From the sequence record NC_023610.1: a stretch of DNA of 64,000 nucleotides, one strand, 5' to 3'. The notes beneath the pieces are model-generated. The model was not told where the DNA came from. It did no database searches and saw nothing but the letters and a program-made list of their open reading frames with translations. Within the stretch, counting starts at the first letter, position 1. Each line of letters opens with the position of its first letter. Positions 25,276 to 34,471 of this stretch are shown in pieces. A program made the position numbers and the translations under genes.

Positions 25276-27409
25276 ACGCCTCATCACGGGTGACCATGTC
25301 CATCACTAACTTCGACTGTTTCTCGTCAAAGCAGTAGAACTCCAGGGATTCCAGCACGAGGTAGAACGGGCTCATGGCTTTCGCCACAATTTTACGCACG
25401 TCAATCACGGGCAGGACTTCCTTGGGGATTCCCACGGACAGGATAATGGCTTCAGGAAGAAGCATCTCTCCCACGTACGACTTCCCACGACTGGCTAACC
25501 ACGCCGTCATCTCATCAGCCGCTGTGCGGTTCGACCAGGTCGCTATCCACTGTTCGGTCTTACGTTTGGTATCCGGTGTGATACTGAACGACAAGGCGGA
25601 ATACGGAGGCGGTTCACAGGCACCGTAGTTCGGTGCGAATACCCGTTGCCACATTTCGTAGTTAATGAAGCGAGAGTTCTCGGTTGAGTACCCTTCCTCT
25701 TCGTTCACACGCGCGGTCTTCAGGTAGTCTGTTTCCCCACTCATCACACTTTCCATTACCGTATATTCCCAACGCGCTACCATCCGGAGTATCTTGTGGA
25801 TGGACACCGGTTCGTCATGCGTGACCGAGTCGATGATGTAGTGCAGTACGCCGTCCAGGTCTTTACGAATAACCGGCGGTAAGTTCGAGGCAATCAGTTC
25901 TACGCCTTTACGTTCAAAGTCGTATTCCTTGAAGATAACCCCTTCCTGCACGGCCATGTTCGCAAAGTAGTGTTTCGCCCGCGAGGTCAGGACAAACACC
26001 GGGAACAGGTATTCGTTCTTCATCGACAGACGGAACAGTTCTTTCGGGTCAGTCACCCCGATGTTCGAAACCATGGTGGCCAGGTTATGGGTCGTGGTCT
26101 GCGAAATCAGGAAGCCGAAGGTTTCTGCCACGATGATGTTAGCGTGGTTGATGGTATCGTTACCCGAGTACCAACGTACCCAATCCTGCACCGTAAAGAT
26201 GGCGGAGTCGGTATCGGACCCCACGGTCACTTTACGGATACTGGACGGGAAGTCAGCAATCAGGAACGGGATATTACGCGTGGTGTGGAATGCATCAATA
26301 ATCCGACGGTGGTCATGCAGACACTGCGTAATCTCGTAGCAGGAGCTACCGATTAACCCAAAGTTCGGGTCGTTACGCAATTCCGGGTTGTCCAGTTCTT
26401 CACGTCCCAGGATATCCGGATAGATAACCTTCACCTGGTTAATGATGTCACCGTCTACTTTCTTCAGCCAGTCTTCGTGGTCCGGTACAATGCGCGAGGC
26501 ACGACAAGACAACCGGTCAATCCAAGTACGCACCAGTTCTTCGTTATACAGACGCAGGTGGTAGAAGTCCCCCATGTACATGACGGCGGCACGTTCTTCC
26601 GGTTCCATATTGCGCACAAAACGCTCAATGTTGACCAGACCCACGCGACCACTCCAGTACGGTTCGATAGACCGCTCCACCATTTGCATGACTTCGTCAG
26701 GCGAGGGCATATGGAGACGGTGATGCTCGCACGCGTCACGGACCATGGTAAAGTCGGTGAGGTCGAGTATCGAGGCAAAGTTATTTATCACCACCTCCGG
26801 GGAGTAGTAGTGTCGGTTACCTGCCAGGAACCGTTCGTTATGACTGTTCGCCACGCCGTTCGCAATACGGCAACTGGAGGTCAGTATCGGGTGAGTCGGA
26901 CGGTCAACCAGATGCGAGTGTTCTGAACGGTGGTTACCGGAGATGGCGTTGTTCAGAATCTTTTTGTTGTTCTGGTTGTTCTTGTGCAAAGTCGCTTTGA
27001 ACGCGTCACCGCGGTTCTTGGCAATCATCTGCTTATGTTTTTCTTCGTTACGGTCTGCCAAGTTACCCTTGATGTATTTGGATAACTTCGATTCACGAAT
27101 CCACGGCGGGAGAACGACCGATAACGTTGGGGCAATGTAATAGCGGTTCTTGATAACGTAGTCGAGGTACTGGGTGAACGGATACGCTTTCTTCGAGCGG
27201 TCCCCCTCCTCGTCTCGTTCCAGGACGCAGACCAGTGGGTCCTTCATCTGACTTTGCAGTTCCTGAATCACGAACACGCGACATTCGTCCATTTCTACCC
27301 CAGTCGATTTCGACAGGTAGATGGCGCTTTGTTCCACGTACGCCCGACGAATATCCAAATCGCGGCTATATTGCTCAGCCGTGCGGTTAAACGGGTTGGT
27401 TGGTTCCAT
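25259..27409 (-). CDS. Family B DNA polymerase, polymerase-domain subunit (phiKZ gp50-like)
   Basis: KKILNNAISG (motif B) and GSDTDS (motif C). Start set to ATG27409 because the longer track ORF runs through a terminator. Confidence 0.9.
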   Translation of the reverse strand: MEPTNPFNRTAEQYSRDLDIRRAYVEQSAIYLSKSTGVEMDECRVFVIQELQSQMKDPLVCVLERDEEGDRSKKAYPFTQYLDYVIKNRYYIAPTLSVVLPPWIRESKLSKYIKGNLADRNEEKHKQMIAKNRGDAFKATLHKNNQNNKKILNNAISGNHRSEHSHLVDRPTHPILTSSCRIANGVANSHNERFLAGNRHYYSPEVVINNFASILDLTDFTMVRDACEHHRLHMPSPDEVMQMVERSIEPYWSGRVGLVNIERFVRNMEPEERAAVMYMGDFYHLRLYNEELVRTWIDRLSCRASRIVPDHEDWLKKVDGDIINQVKVIYPDILGREELDNPELRNDPNFGLIGSSCYEITQCLHDHRRIIDAFHTTRNIPFLIADFPSSIRKVTVGSDTDSAIFTVQDWVRWYSGNDTINHANIIVAETFGFLISQTTTHNLATMVSNIGVTDPKELFRLSMKNEYLFPVFVLTSRAKHYFANMAVQEGVIFKEYDFERKGVELIASNLPPVIRKDLDGVLHYIIDSVTHDEPVSIHKILRMVARWEYTVMESVMSGETDYLKTARVNEEEGYSTENSRFINYEMWQRVFAPNYGACEPPPYSALSFSITPDTKRKTEQWIATWSNRTAADEMTAWLASRGKSYVGEMLLPEAIILSVGIPKEVLPVIDVRKIVAKAMSPFYLVLESLEFYCFDEKQSKLVMDMVTRDEAFMLDS

Positions 27410-27460
27410 TGTACAGGTCCTGTAGTCCGATACTTTTGTTCTACACCATGACAGGAGAAA

Positions 27461-27491
27461 ATAAAAAATAAATGGGGGACCGAAGCCCCCC
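27461..27491 (-). terminator. Intrinsic terminator
   Basis: GGGGG..TTCG..CCCCC stem plus U tract. Confidence 0.7.
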
Positions 27492-27497
27492 GCTTTA

Positions 27498-27920
27498 TTA
27501 CTCGAAGTTGATGGTAAAGTCGCTGATGTCCACTGACGAAATTGCCAGACGGAGTTCAGCCAACTTCGCATCACTCAAGTTAGGGAAGTAACCCACGGCA
27601 TTGCGGGTAGATTCGACCGTAATACTGTCGGCACGAATCCACGGAATCCCCACCACTAACTTCGTCGTCGGGTCGCCTGCCGGGGTAACTACCAGGTACT
27701 GGTAACTGGCGTAGTCCAATGGGATTTGTCCACGGGGGACGTTCTCATCAGCAATCACCTGGCCATGTACTGCGGCAGCATCGAAGTTGAAGTACTTCGT
27801 GGTATCCGCAGACACTTGGTCGGTTACCTTGACACGATTGAAGGGTCCACCTGCCAATGTGGAGTAACACTGGAAGGAGATGGTATCCCCAATTTTGAAC
27901 TTGTCGAGAATCAGGCTCAC
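27498..27920 (-). CDS. Conserved hypothetical protein (phiKZ gp49 position)
   Basis: GTG start overlapping the upstream TGA (GTGA); beta-rich. Confidence 0.7.
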   Translation of the reverse strand: MSLILDKFKIGDTISFQCYSTLAGGPFNRVKVTDQVSADTTKYFNFDAAAVHGQVIADENVPRGQIPLDYASYQYLVVTPAGDPTTKLVVGIPWIRADSITVESTRNAVGYFPNLSDAKLAELRLAISSVDISDFTINFE

Positions 27921-28300
27921 TGCAACACCCCTTTGAATCGGTAGACTATACACAGAGAAGGGCCGGTAATCGGTTCAACCTTGTAACTATAGTTCTCGCC
28001 AATCGGAAGTTTGTAATGTTCGCTGATACCGTTGACAATGCGTTTCAACACAGAGACCCACACGTCGTCGTAGTTGCCCCAGGCGTCGTGCGGTGAACTG
28101 CCCTCCAAAAGCACGCGCATCTGCGTGGTCACCCAACTTACGGCCATTTGGGCAGCCAACATCGGCGGCATGTCAGGGTCGTCTTTCAGGTACTCCCGGC
28201 CGACACCGTCGACCAGGTACGGAAACAGGTTACAATCACAGAGGACCGCGTTAGGGGTTTCCGTGATGTTGATTTCCGGTACTTTTCTTTTTTTGCTCAT
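27917..28300 (-). CDS. Hypothetical protein, small-gene array member
   Basis: 127 aa, coupled by 4-nt overlaps. Confidence 0.7.
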   Translation of the reverse strand: MSKKRKVPEINITETPNAVLCDCNLFPYLVDGVGREYLKDDPDMPPMLAAQMAVSWVTTQMRVLLEGSSPHDAWGNYDDVWVSVLKRIVNGISEHYKLPIGENYSYKVEPITGPSLCIVYRFKGVLQ

Positions 28301-28695
28301 CTGCGAACGTACCTCACCACGATGGTTTGGGCTTTGAACAGAAACTTCCAGTCTGTCACCACCAGGACGTTTCGAGCGTCATCGGCGGCCACTTCATCCC
28401 ACTGCTTCCGGAACATGTCAATGATACGGACTTGCGCGTCGTAAAGGACCGTACGATACCACTCTTGTTCGCCCCGGTCGCTACTGCACCAGGTACAAGC
28501 TGTTTCCCACTCACCGCCCTGATTAGTCAGGGCTTGACGGAGCGCCCCTCCTAACCAGAGGTCGTAGTTGATGTGACAGCCCATGGGGGCCATCTCTACG
28601 ACGTCATCGAGGAGCTCAAAGGCGCGCATACATTCAAATATTTGAACGCCGCTGCTACTTGGCTCTTTCATAAATACCTCAGCGCTCGACAGCAA
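28297..28695 (-). CDS. Hypothetical protein, small-gene array member
   Basis: 132 aa, overlaps its neighbours. Confidence 0.7.
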   Translation of the reverse strand: MLSSAEVFMKEPSSSGVQIFECMRAFELLDDVVEMAPMGCHINYDLWLGGALRQALTNQGGEWETACTWCSSDRGEQEWYRTVLYDAQVRIIDMFRKQWDEVAADDARNVLVVTDWKFLFKAQTIVVRYVRR

Positions 28696-29107
28696 TACTC
28701 ACGGCAATCCCTACCCCCAGTAACTCCGCCCCCTGCACTTCATAATCCATACGGCGGAAGTTGAAGTTAAAGTGGTCAAGGCTACCCAAGAGACCGGGTT
28801 CGATTACTGCACACAAATCACATATGGAATTAGCGCGTTCTTCCGAAAGGTCTTGCAGGTGGTCCATCAAGAAGATTTTCTCATCACGGTACACATGACG
28901 AAGAACTTCCTCGACGGCATCTTGCAGGTCTTCGAACCAACCGCTGTCCGGTGCTTTCTCGTACGCCATGACAGCTTCGGTTGCCATCTTGATGGCTTCT
29001 GAAACAGTGAACTCATCCAGGTACCGGCGGACGAACTCACGTATCTCACTGCGCGACAGATTAGTGTCAAAGGAGAACACTTCAACACGATGTAAAAATG
29101 AACTCAT
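28679..29107 (-). CDS. Hypothetical protein, small-gene array member
   Basis: 142 aa with SD GGAG. Confidence 0.7.
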   Translation of the reverse strand: MSSFLHRVEVFSFDTNLSRSEIREFVRRYLDEFTVSEAIKMATEAVMAYEKAPDSGWFEDLQDAVEEVLRHVYRDEKIFLMDHLQDLSEERANSICDLCAVIEPGLLGSLDHFNFNFRRMDYEVQGAELLGVGIAVSIAVER

Positions 29108-29117
29108 ATACTCTCCG

Positions 29118-29492
29118 TTAAAACGGTTTGTCGCTTTCGTCCCACTCGAACGCCTTGACTCGAATACCCGTGCTTGTATAAGAAACGTCTACAATGGTTG
29201 CATCGGGATAATGACGTCGGATGACCGCTGTCTTGTACGACTCCCAGAGAGCCTGGGCGAATCGCTGGACATCGAGGAGTTCAACACTCCCCAAATCATC
29301 CAGGCGATTACGTACAATTTGAATCTGGTAACCGATTTCATCTAACCAGTCTCGGTTAGGGTGACGATGAGCATAAAGGAATGAGGACCACGCTACCGTG
29401 TGCAAGACGCGGTAGTGTGGGGAACGTAGTAGTCGCTGATGGGTTCTATCAACCCGATACGACGATGGTAGGACTATCCGAATGGTTCTCAT
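29118..29492 (-). CDS. Hypothetical protein, small-gene array member
   Basis: 124 aa, ATGA overlap. Confidence 0.7.
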   Translation of the reverse strand: MRTIRIVLPSSYRVDRTHQRLLRSPHYRVLHTVAWSSFLYAHRHPNRDWLDEIGYQIQIVRNRLDDLGSVELLDVQRFAQALWESYKTAVIRRHYPDATIVDVSYTSTGIRVKAFEWDESDKPF

Positions 29493-29905
29493 CGTGGTTC
29501 AAACCTCACGACCAGAATCCCTCGGGCGAAGTCAGGGGCGACCCTGACCTCCTTGATGTCTTGTACTCGGTCCGCGTAATTGTGGGTTTTGTTCCGCAAC
29601 CATTTGGCCACCTGGTGTATCTCGCGATACACCTTCCCACGAATCTGCTCCACTTCGGATTCGGTCAGGTTATGACTGTCAATCCTCAGTTGGTCACAAA
29701 TGGCTTCTTCCACGTAGTCGGCCAATTCGTAATACAGACTCATGCGCATATGGAGCCGGTCCTCGCTTTTCGCAGTGATGAAAGAAGCGAGAACCGCGGC
29801 TTTGCAGAACGTTCGGGAGCCGATAAACGATTTCATCGCGTACTCCCCGATATCACGGTTACGTATGGCGATGTCAATGAGTTCTATTTCTTGACGTCTA
29901 GACAT
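29489..29905 (-). CDS. Hypothetical protein, small-gene array member
   Basis: 138 aa with SD GGGG. Confidence 0.7.
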   Translation of the reverse strand: MSRRQEIELIDIAIRNRDIGEYAMKSFIGSRTFCKAAVLASFITAKSEDRLHMRMSLYYELADYVEEAICDQLRIDSHNLTESEVEQIRGKVYREIHQVAKWLRNKTHNYADRVQDIKEVRVAPDFARGILVVRFEPR

Positions 29906-29916
29906 ATAACCCCTGC

Positions 29917-30288
29917 TTATTTCACACGTAAGACAATCGTATCCTTACGCCGGTTCAAGAATTCCCAACGGCTGACCAGGTGGAAACGCACTTTCCCCGT
30001 GTGTCGGTAGATAACCCCTTTTGTAAATGCCTTCGCTTCCGAAAGCATCTCTTCGGCGTCCACACGACTCACGTCGAACATCATCAGGTCAGTCACGAAA
30101 TCCATCTCCCGTTCCGTGAGACCGTACTTATCCGAAGACAAGACCGTATCCAGGAACAGGGTGATGTGGGTTTCTAAGTTCAACTGCCCTAACAAGTCAG
30201 GAAAGCGTTCCTCTATTACACATTCGTATTTGCTGTACAACCGGTCAACGGGAATCAGAATTAATTCGTCGTGACGGTTACGGCTCAT
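29917..30288 (-). CDS. Hypothetical protein, small-gene array member
   Basis: Start moved to ATG30288 (MSRNRH), 123 aa. Confidence 0.7.
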   Translation of the reverse strand: MSRNRHDELILIPVDRLYSKYECVIEERFPDLLGQLNLETHITLFLDTVLSSDKYGLTEREMDFVTDLMMFDVSRVDAEEMLSEAKAFTKGVIYRHTGKVRFHLVSRWEFLNRRKDTIVLRVK

Positions 30289-30769
30289 AGGCGATACCCT
30301 TATTAATGCAGTACTGCTGGGCCCGCCAATCCCCGAACATTTCCAAAATGAACACCTCACGGGAGTCATTGTAGAGTTCGTAGATTTGCCAGCGGCTGTG
30401 TAACGAGAATCGGGATGCATGGTCACGGATGCGGTCTTCAATCCGGTACATGATGTCCGACAACGTTATCGACTCCTGGTCCCGAACCGTCCCATCTCGG
30501 GTTACCCCTGGGTACGGGTAGTACCCGTCAAACCACTTCTCTATCGCGGTGTCAACATCCCAGGTGTCAGCATGGTATTTGACGTTGCGATGACACTCAT
30601 TCCAGAGAATGTTCAGGAGGGTATCCCGGGTGTCGTCGTAAGTAAGTTTGTCGCTTTTGAACCGGCGGTCAAAGGCATCGTTTCGTTCGCGCTCATGTAT
30701 AATCCAGGCATGGAGTAAATCCTGCCATTGGCTCAGGTCTATCTTAAAGCGCATTTTAGTACTCCTCAC
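30278..30769 (-). CDS. Hypothetical protein, small-gene array member
   Basis: 163 aa, overlaps its neighbours. Confidence 0.7.
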   Translation of the reverse strand: MRSTKMRFKIDLSQWQDLLHAWIIHERERNDAFDRRFKSDKLTYDDTRDTLLNILWNECHRNVKYHADTWDVDTAIEKWFDGYYPYPGVTRDGTVRDQESITLSDIMYRIEDRIRDHASRFSLHSRWQIYELYNDSREVFILEMFGDWRAQQYCINKGIAYEP

Positions 30770-31211
30770 TGTCGGCGACGTAGAACCACTCGTCTGTCGG
30801 TTCCGGGTCTTCCAGGCAGTATGGGCTGATAATGTTTAGAGGTATTAACAGTCGGTCAAATGAACGCCACAGTCGTTCGTAACCATGACGTTCAGCACCT
30901 CGGCCAGTAAAGCTGTTGGCAAAGGTCTGGAACTCTTGCCACTGTCGTTCAGGTAAGTCGTTATCGTCACTTTCATGCGAGTCGATAAACAGCTCGTAGA
31001 AGTTGGTTTCCCACGCCATTATAAACTGCTCTTCCATTCGTTTGTCCCAACGAATTTCCAATGCGTTACGGCGGTAGAATCCTTGCATAGTTACCCAGGT
31101 TTCCAGCAAGGACTGATAGACCCATTGAAGGTCGAGGTTAATTGGAGTTCGGTCTAACGCATTCTGAAGGAAGCGTGGGACATCGAACCTATGTCCAGTA
31201 ATCACGTACAT
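30756..31211 (-). CDS. Hypothetical protein, small-gene array member
   Basis: 151 aa with SD GGAGG. Confidence 0.7.
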   Translation of the reverse strand: MYVITGHRFDVPRFLQNALDRTPINLDLQWVYQSLLETWVTMQGFYRRNALEIRWDKRMEEQFIMAWETNFYELFIDSHESDDNDLPERQWQEFQTFANSFTGRGAERHGYERLWRSFDRLLIPLNIISPYCLEDPEPTDEWFYVADSEEY

Positions 31212-31503
31212 CTACCTCCGTCATGCTTAAGAACCCACAGCTCAACTTCGGGTCCTTCACTGCGTGGACATACGACGGCAAATGCATGGCGCGTTTACCG
31301 TAAATGTTGCGCACTTTCTCGGCCACGAATAACTCCCCGCCGCCGATGGCTCGATGGTCGAAGCCGTCCACAATCAGGTCGTTGTCCTTAACCAAGATGT
31401 ACAGCAGGATATCCAGCAGGTTATATTTTTCCCCGTCAATGAGTTCGTAGCATACCTCTTCTATAAAACTGAGTCGCCCGTGACACTCAACGGTGAATCT
31501 CAT
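31189..31503 (-). CDS. Hypothetical protein, first gene of the array
   Basis: 104 aa with SD GAGG. Confidence 0.7.
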   Translation of the reverse strand: MRFTVECHGRLSFIEEVCYELIDGEKYNLLDILLYILVKDNDLIVDGFDHRAIGGGELFVAEKVRNIYGKRAMHLPSYVHAVKDPKLSCGFLSMTEVDVRDYWT

Positions 31504-31645
31504 GTAACGCCTCTCGGTTCGCCATAATCATCTCCACAACCCTCGCTGAGCGCTTTAAACTATCCGCCCTATACAAGGTTCCACATAACAGAGAAAACCG
31601 CGTAGAATTTAATACAGGCGGTTTCCTGAATTTGTATTCATCTGG

Positions 31646-31653
31646 ATAATATA
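31646..31653 (-). promoter_or_regulatory. Early-promoter variant TATATTAT
   Basis: One mismatch to TATATTAC, in AT-rich DNA upstream of the array. Confidence 0.5.
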
Positions 31654-31674
31654 TCCTTTAAACTCTGTTAGTTA

Positions 31675-31960
31675 GGAAAGAAAATAAAAGAAGATATTCT
31701 GGTTACCTCACCGCTCGCGCTCGTAAGCCGATTGTGTGGGTAACCAGGTATCTTGTCGTGCTTGTGGTCCCGTCCAGAGTCAGTCGCTGCAATAGCGCTT
31801 CGTCATCGCGGTTAACGCGAGTTCCCCGCTGGGAACTTAATGGCCGCAATTAAGCAGCTTGGGTTTTTTGGGGTACCTCTGCACGCAGGTGTTGACCAGA
31901 CACCCCGCAGCTATTCCATCCAGAGAACAACTACGTTAGCTTGCATATTTGTACATATAA
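31675..31960 (-). ncRNA. Candidate structured non-coding RNA or long structured 3' region of phuZ
   Basis: Several hairpins, a terminal ~15-bp stem (31691-31707/31739-31754) followed by a U-rich tract, and TATG motifs at 31944 and 31954. Confidence 0.35.
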
Positions 31961-31984
31961 TAGACTAAACCGCTAACGGTTCTC

Positions 31985-32953
31985 TTACGAAGAGAATTTA
32001 AAGCCGTCGTCGTTCAGACCAGCGGTATCCAGCACGTCAACGCTCTCACGTTGCTTACGGGCACGAGCCAGTGCTTCGAAGTTGTCCACGGTCTTTTGCA
32101 GGCCTGCAATCACACCCGCCAGGTCCTGGGTATAGATGATGAAGTGCAGGTCGTTCTTTTCAGCTACGCGGCGATACCCTTCACAACCGTATTCAGACGG
32201 CAGAGATGGGTTGGCACCGTCCACTGAACCGTGCAGGCTGGCAACCGCCAGTGGGTATGGCAGCGACTTCGCATGGCTGTAGTCTGGGGTGATGTCCAGC
32301 AGCGCAACGCCTGGGCCGTTTTTCACGTTGAAGAAACGGTGTACGTCAGAGCTGTCGAGACGGTCGTGTTCGCCGGAGTACAGGTCAAGGATAGACAGCA
32401 AGCCCAGGACCATCTGTGCATCAACGTCGTTGTCCTGTGCCACGGAACCGTTATCTTCGTAGAAGACAACCGCAGTGGATTCGTTCTTCTTCGCGATACC
32501 GTTCAGGGTCTGCCAGGTATCCATGGTGTTTTTGGTGGTCTGGGAGTTTTCCGCAGAACCTACCACAAAGAACACGGTTGGTTTTTTCTGGCGCAGCAGT
32601 TCTTCAGCCAGTTTCGGTCCAATAACAGAACCGGAACCGCCACCGCCTGAGAACACCAGAATGTTCAGGTCACCGGCAGGGTGGCTGACCAGCACGTCTG
32701 GGATGGCACGGGCGATAGGGTGATAGTTGGTGCTGCGCTCTTTGCCAGAACCGTCGGTTGCACCCGGGATGATATAGCAGTCTTCATCACGGAAGTTGGA
32801 ACCGCCGATGGCGCTAAAGTTTGAACGAGAGGTATCGACGAAGTGGGCTTTCACTTCGGCCAGACCCGCGAGGTTTTTCTTCATCAGCAGGCTGACAATG
32901 TTGATACCAGTGCCGCCACAGCCATAGATGGAAACGGTGTTACGTGAGCTCAT
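31985..32953 (-). CDS. phuZ: PhuZ phage tubulin
   Basis: YGCGGTGINI, tubulin signature SGGGGSGSVIG, and PhuZ-type C-terminal tail NDDGFKF. Confidence 0.95.
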   Translation of the reverse strand: MSSRNTVSIYGCGGTGINIVSLLMKKNLAGLAEVKAHFVDTSRSNFSAIGGSNFRDEDCYIIPGATDGSGKERSTNYHPIARAIPDVLVSHPAGDLNILVFSGGGGSGSVIGPKLAEELLRQKKPTVFFVVGSAENSQTTKNTMDTWQTLNGIAKKNESTAVVFYEDNGSVAQDNDVDAQMVLGLLSILDLYSGEHDRLDSSDVHRFFNVKNGPGVALLDITPDYSHAKSLPYPLAVASLHGSVDGANPSLPSEYGCEGYRRVAEKNDLHFIIYTQDLAGVIAGLQKTVDNFEALARARKQRESVDVLDTAGLNDDGFKFSS

Positions 32954-33055
32954 TGTTTTGGGTCCTTAACACAAAGGTTATTCAAAAAGGTTACCAACGT
33001 TATACTTCTACACAGTTACTGTGACATACGTACATTTTGAAACGGAGCGAGCCCA

Positions 33056-33886
33056 ATGAGCGTCATCACGAAACTCATCGCTGATGTCAAAGCGGAAATC
33101 CCCCGTCAAGTCCTGGAAATTGCTTTCCTGGGTGACATGGGTCGAGAGAACCGTTTTGCCAGCAACCTCGACTTTCAGATTCGCCAGAAGGTCATTGACG
33201 CCCGTGTCTGGGTGGACTTAAGCCTTCAAGGTGCCGAAGAAGTCAACATCCCTCTGGCGCGTTGCGAAGTTGAGCAAGACGACCAGTACAAGACCATCAT
33301 ACGCATCCCAAAAGAATTGACGGGCGGGCGTATCATCACGCAGGTATTAGCGTTCAACTATACCATCAACGGCGTGACCGGCATGACCAACAACGGGTAT
33401 AACAACAACTCGTTTAACATGTCCAACGAAGGAAACTCCCCGCAAATGAACTCCGCGGCAAAGATTCTTCGTTCGGCATCCCCGGCACCTATCCTGGGGT
33501 CAGCGGCTACCCGTATCGTCGGGGAGAACGTAATTCTCCTGAACGATTACATGGGGTCGGTGAAGCAGGGTAACATGACCGTGCGTGTGGGACATGACCC
33601 GGAACTGAATACCTTCAAACCAACCAGTGTAAAACAGCTGTCGAAGTTTGTCGTGTACGCAGTGAAGGCGTATATCTACACCAACAGTGTGATTACGCTG
33701 GATATGGGTCATCTGTACGGTGGTAGTGAAATCGGCCGTATCCGTGATATCATTGACGGGTATGCGGATTGTAATGAACTGTACAACACCTACTACGATG
33801 AAGAAATGATTGCGGTCAACTTCATGAACGATGACACGCGTCACGGGAACTTCCTGCGCACCCTCATTGGCGGTGCTGCTTCTTGA
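33056..33886 (+). CDS. Conserved phiKZ-like protein, probably virion structural
   Basis: 276-aa plus-strand ORF divergent from phuZ; function not recognised. Confidence 0.55.
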   Translation: MSVITKLIADVKAEIPRQVLEIAFLGDMGRENRFASNLDFQIRQKVIDARVWVDLSLQGAEEVNIPLARCEVEQDDQYKTIIRIPKELTGGRIITQVLAFNYTINGVTGMTNNGYNNNSFNMSNEGNSPQMNSAAKILRSASPAPILGSAATRIVGENVILLNDYMGSVKQGNMTVRVGHDPELNTFKPTSVKQLSKFVVYAVKAYIYTNSVITLDMGHLYGGSEIGRIRDIIDGYADCNELYNTYYDEEMIAVNFMNDDTRHGNFLRTLIGGAAS

Positions 33887-33887
33887 C

Positions 33888-33923
33888 AAAAAAAAAGAAG
33901 GGGCGCAATGCCCCTTCTTTTAT
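33888..33923. terminator. Bidirectional intrinsic terminator
   Basis: AAGAAGGGGC/GCCCCTTCTT stem with A and T tracts. Confidence 0.85.
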
Positions 33924-34471
33924 TCTGTTTTGAACTTCTCGGTGATATACAACTTGATACGTTGAATAACCGCGTCAACATATTCACGATGGATACTGGC
34001 GTCTTCCAGTCCGGCGCGGACGGAGACGACGATGTTATTAATCAACCAACCGTTTTCTAACGCGGTGTCGACGAACTCTACCCAGTTAACGCGACTGTTG
34101 CGCTCCAGGATAATTTGCCCGAAGATAACGTCGAACGGCAACCCGTGCGTAGCCTTCATTTCGAAAACCAGTTTTCCAGACACCATGGGGTGTTGCTTTT
34201 CGAATGCCAGGTGTTTACGGAGAGCCAGTTGGTAGTGCATCTCCTTATCCAGCTTCTTATCGGGGTACAGACGCGCCCAGTCCTTCGTTACGGCGTCGAA
34301 CGCCACCTGGGGTACCAATGGTCCATTAGAGGAGCGCGGTTGGTTGAGTAGCGCTTCATTGATTGGATTAGGGGTACTGGTCTGGCGGCGAGCATCGCTG
34401 GTGAGGGGTGGTGCCCACTCGGTGTAGCTGGCTACTGTGCGCTGAAAGCCTTTCGGTTTATTCTTCTTCAT
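33920..34471 (-). CDS. Protein containing a stand-alone alanyl-tRNA synthetase tRNA-recognition-domain fragment
   Basis: SGKLVFEMKATHGLPFDV...ERNSRVNWVEF aligns with AlaRS [17 protein letters not shown]...[11 protein letters not shown]; no catalytic motifs. Confidence 0.65.
   Translation of the reverse strand: MKKNKPKGFQRTVASYTEWAPPLTSDARRQTSTPNPINEALLNQPRSSNGPLVPQVAFDAVTKDWARLYPDKKLDKEMHYQLALRKHLAFEKQHPMVSGKLVFEMKATHGLPFDVIFGQIILERNSRVNWVEFVDTALENGWLINNIVVSVRAGLEDASIHREYVDAVIQRIKLYITEKFKTE

Noticed and set aside
27410-27574. N-terminal extension of the DNA polymerase ORF in the track
   Set aside because: Runs through an intrinsic terminator and overlaps the upstream gene; ATG27409 is the more plausible start.
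31819-31837. GAGTTCCCCGC matches the first 11 nt of the E. coli type I-E CRISPR repeat (possible RNA anti-CRISPR)
   Set aside because: Single copy. The remainder diverges and folds into a different stem (AGTTCCC/GGGAACT), with no 3' handle or spacers. Plausibly chance.
31675-31960. tmRNA-like (…GCT GCT TAA) and group I intron-like (AATTGCGG, CAGCGACT) fragments in the phuZ downstream region
   Set aside because: No tRNA-like acceptor/T-arm with CCA end, and no P7 partner or S element in the right order. Kept only as an unassigned ncRNA candidate.
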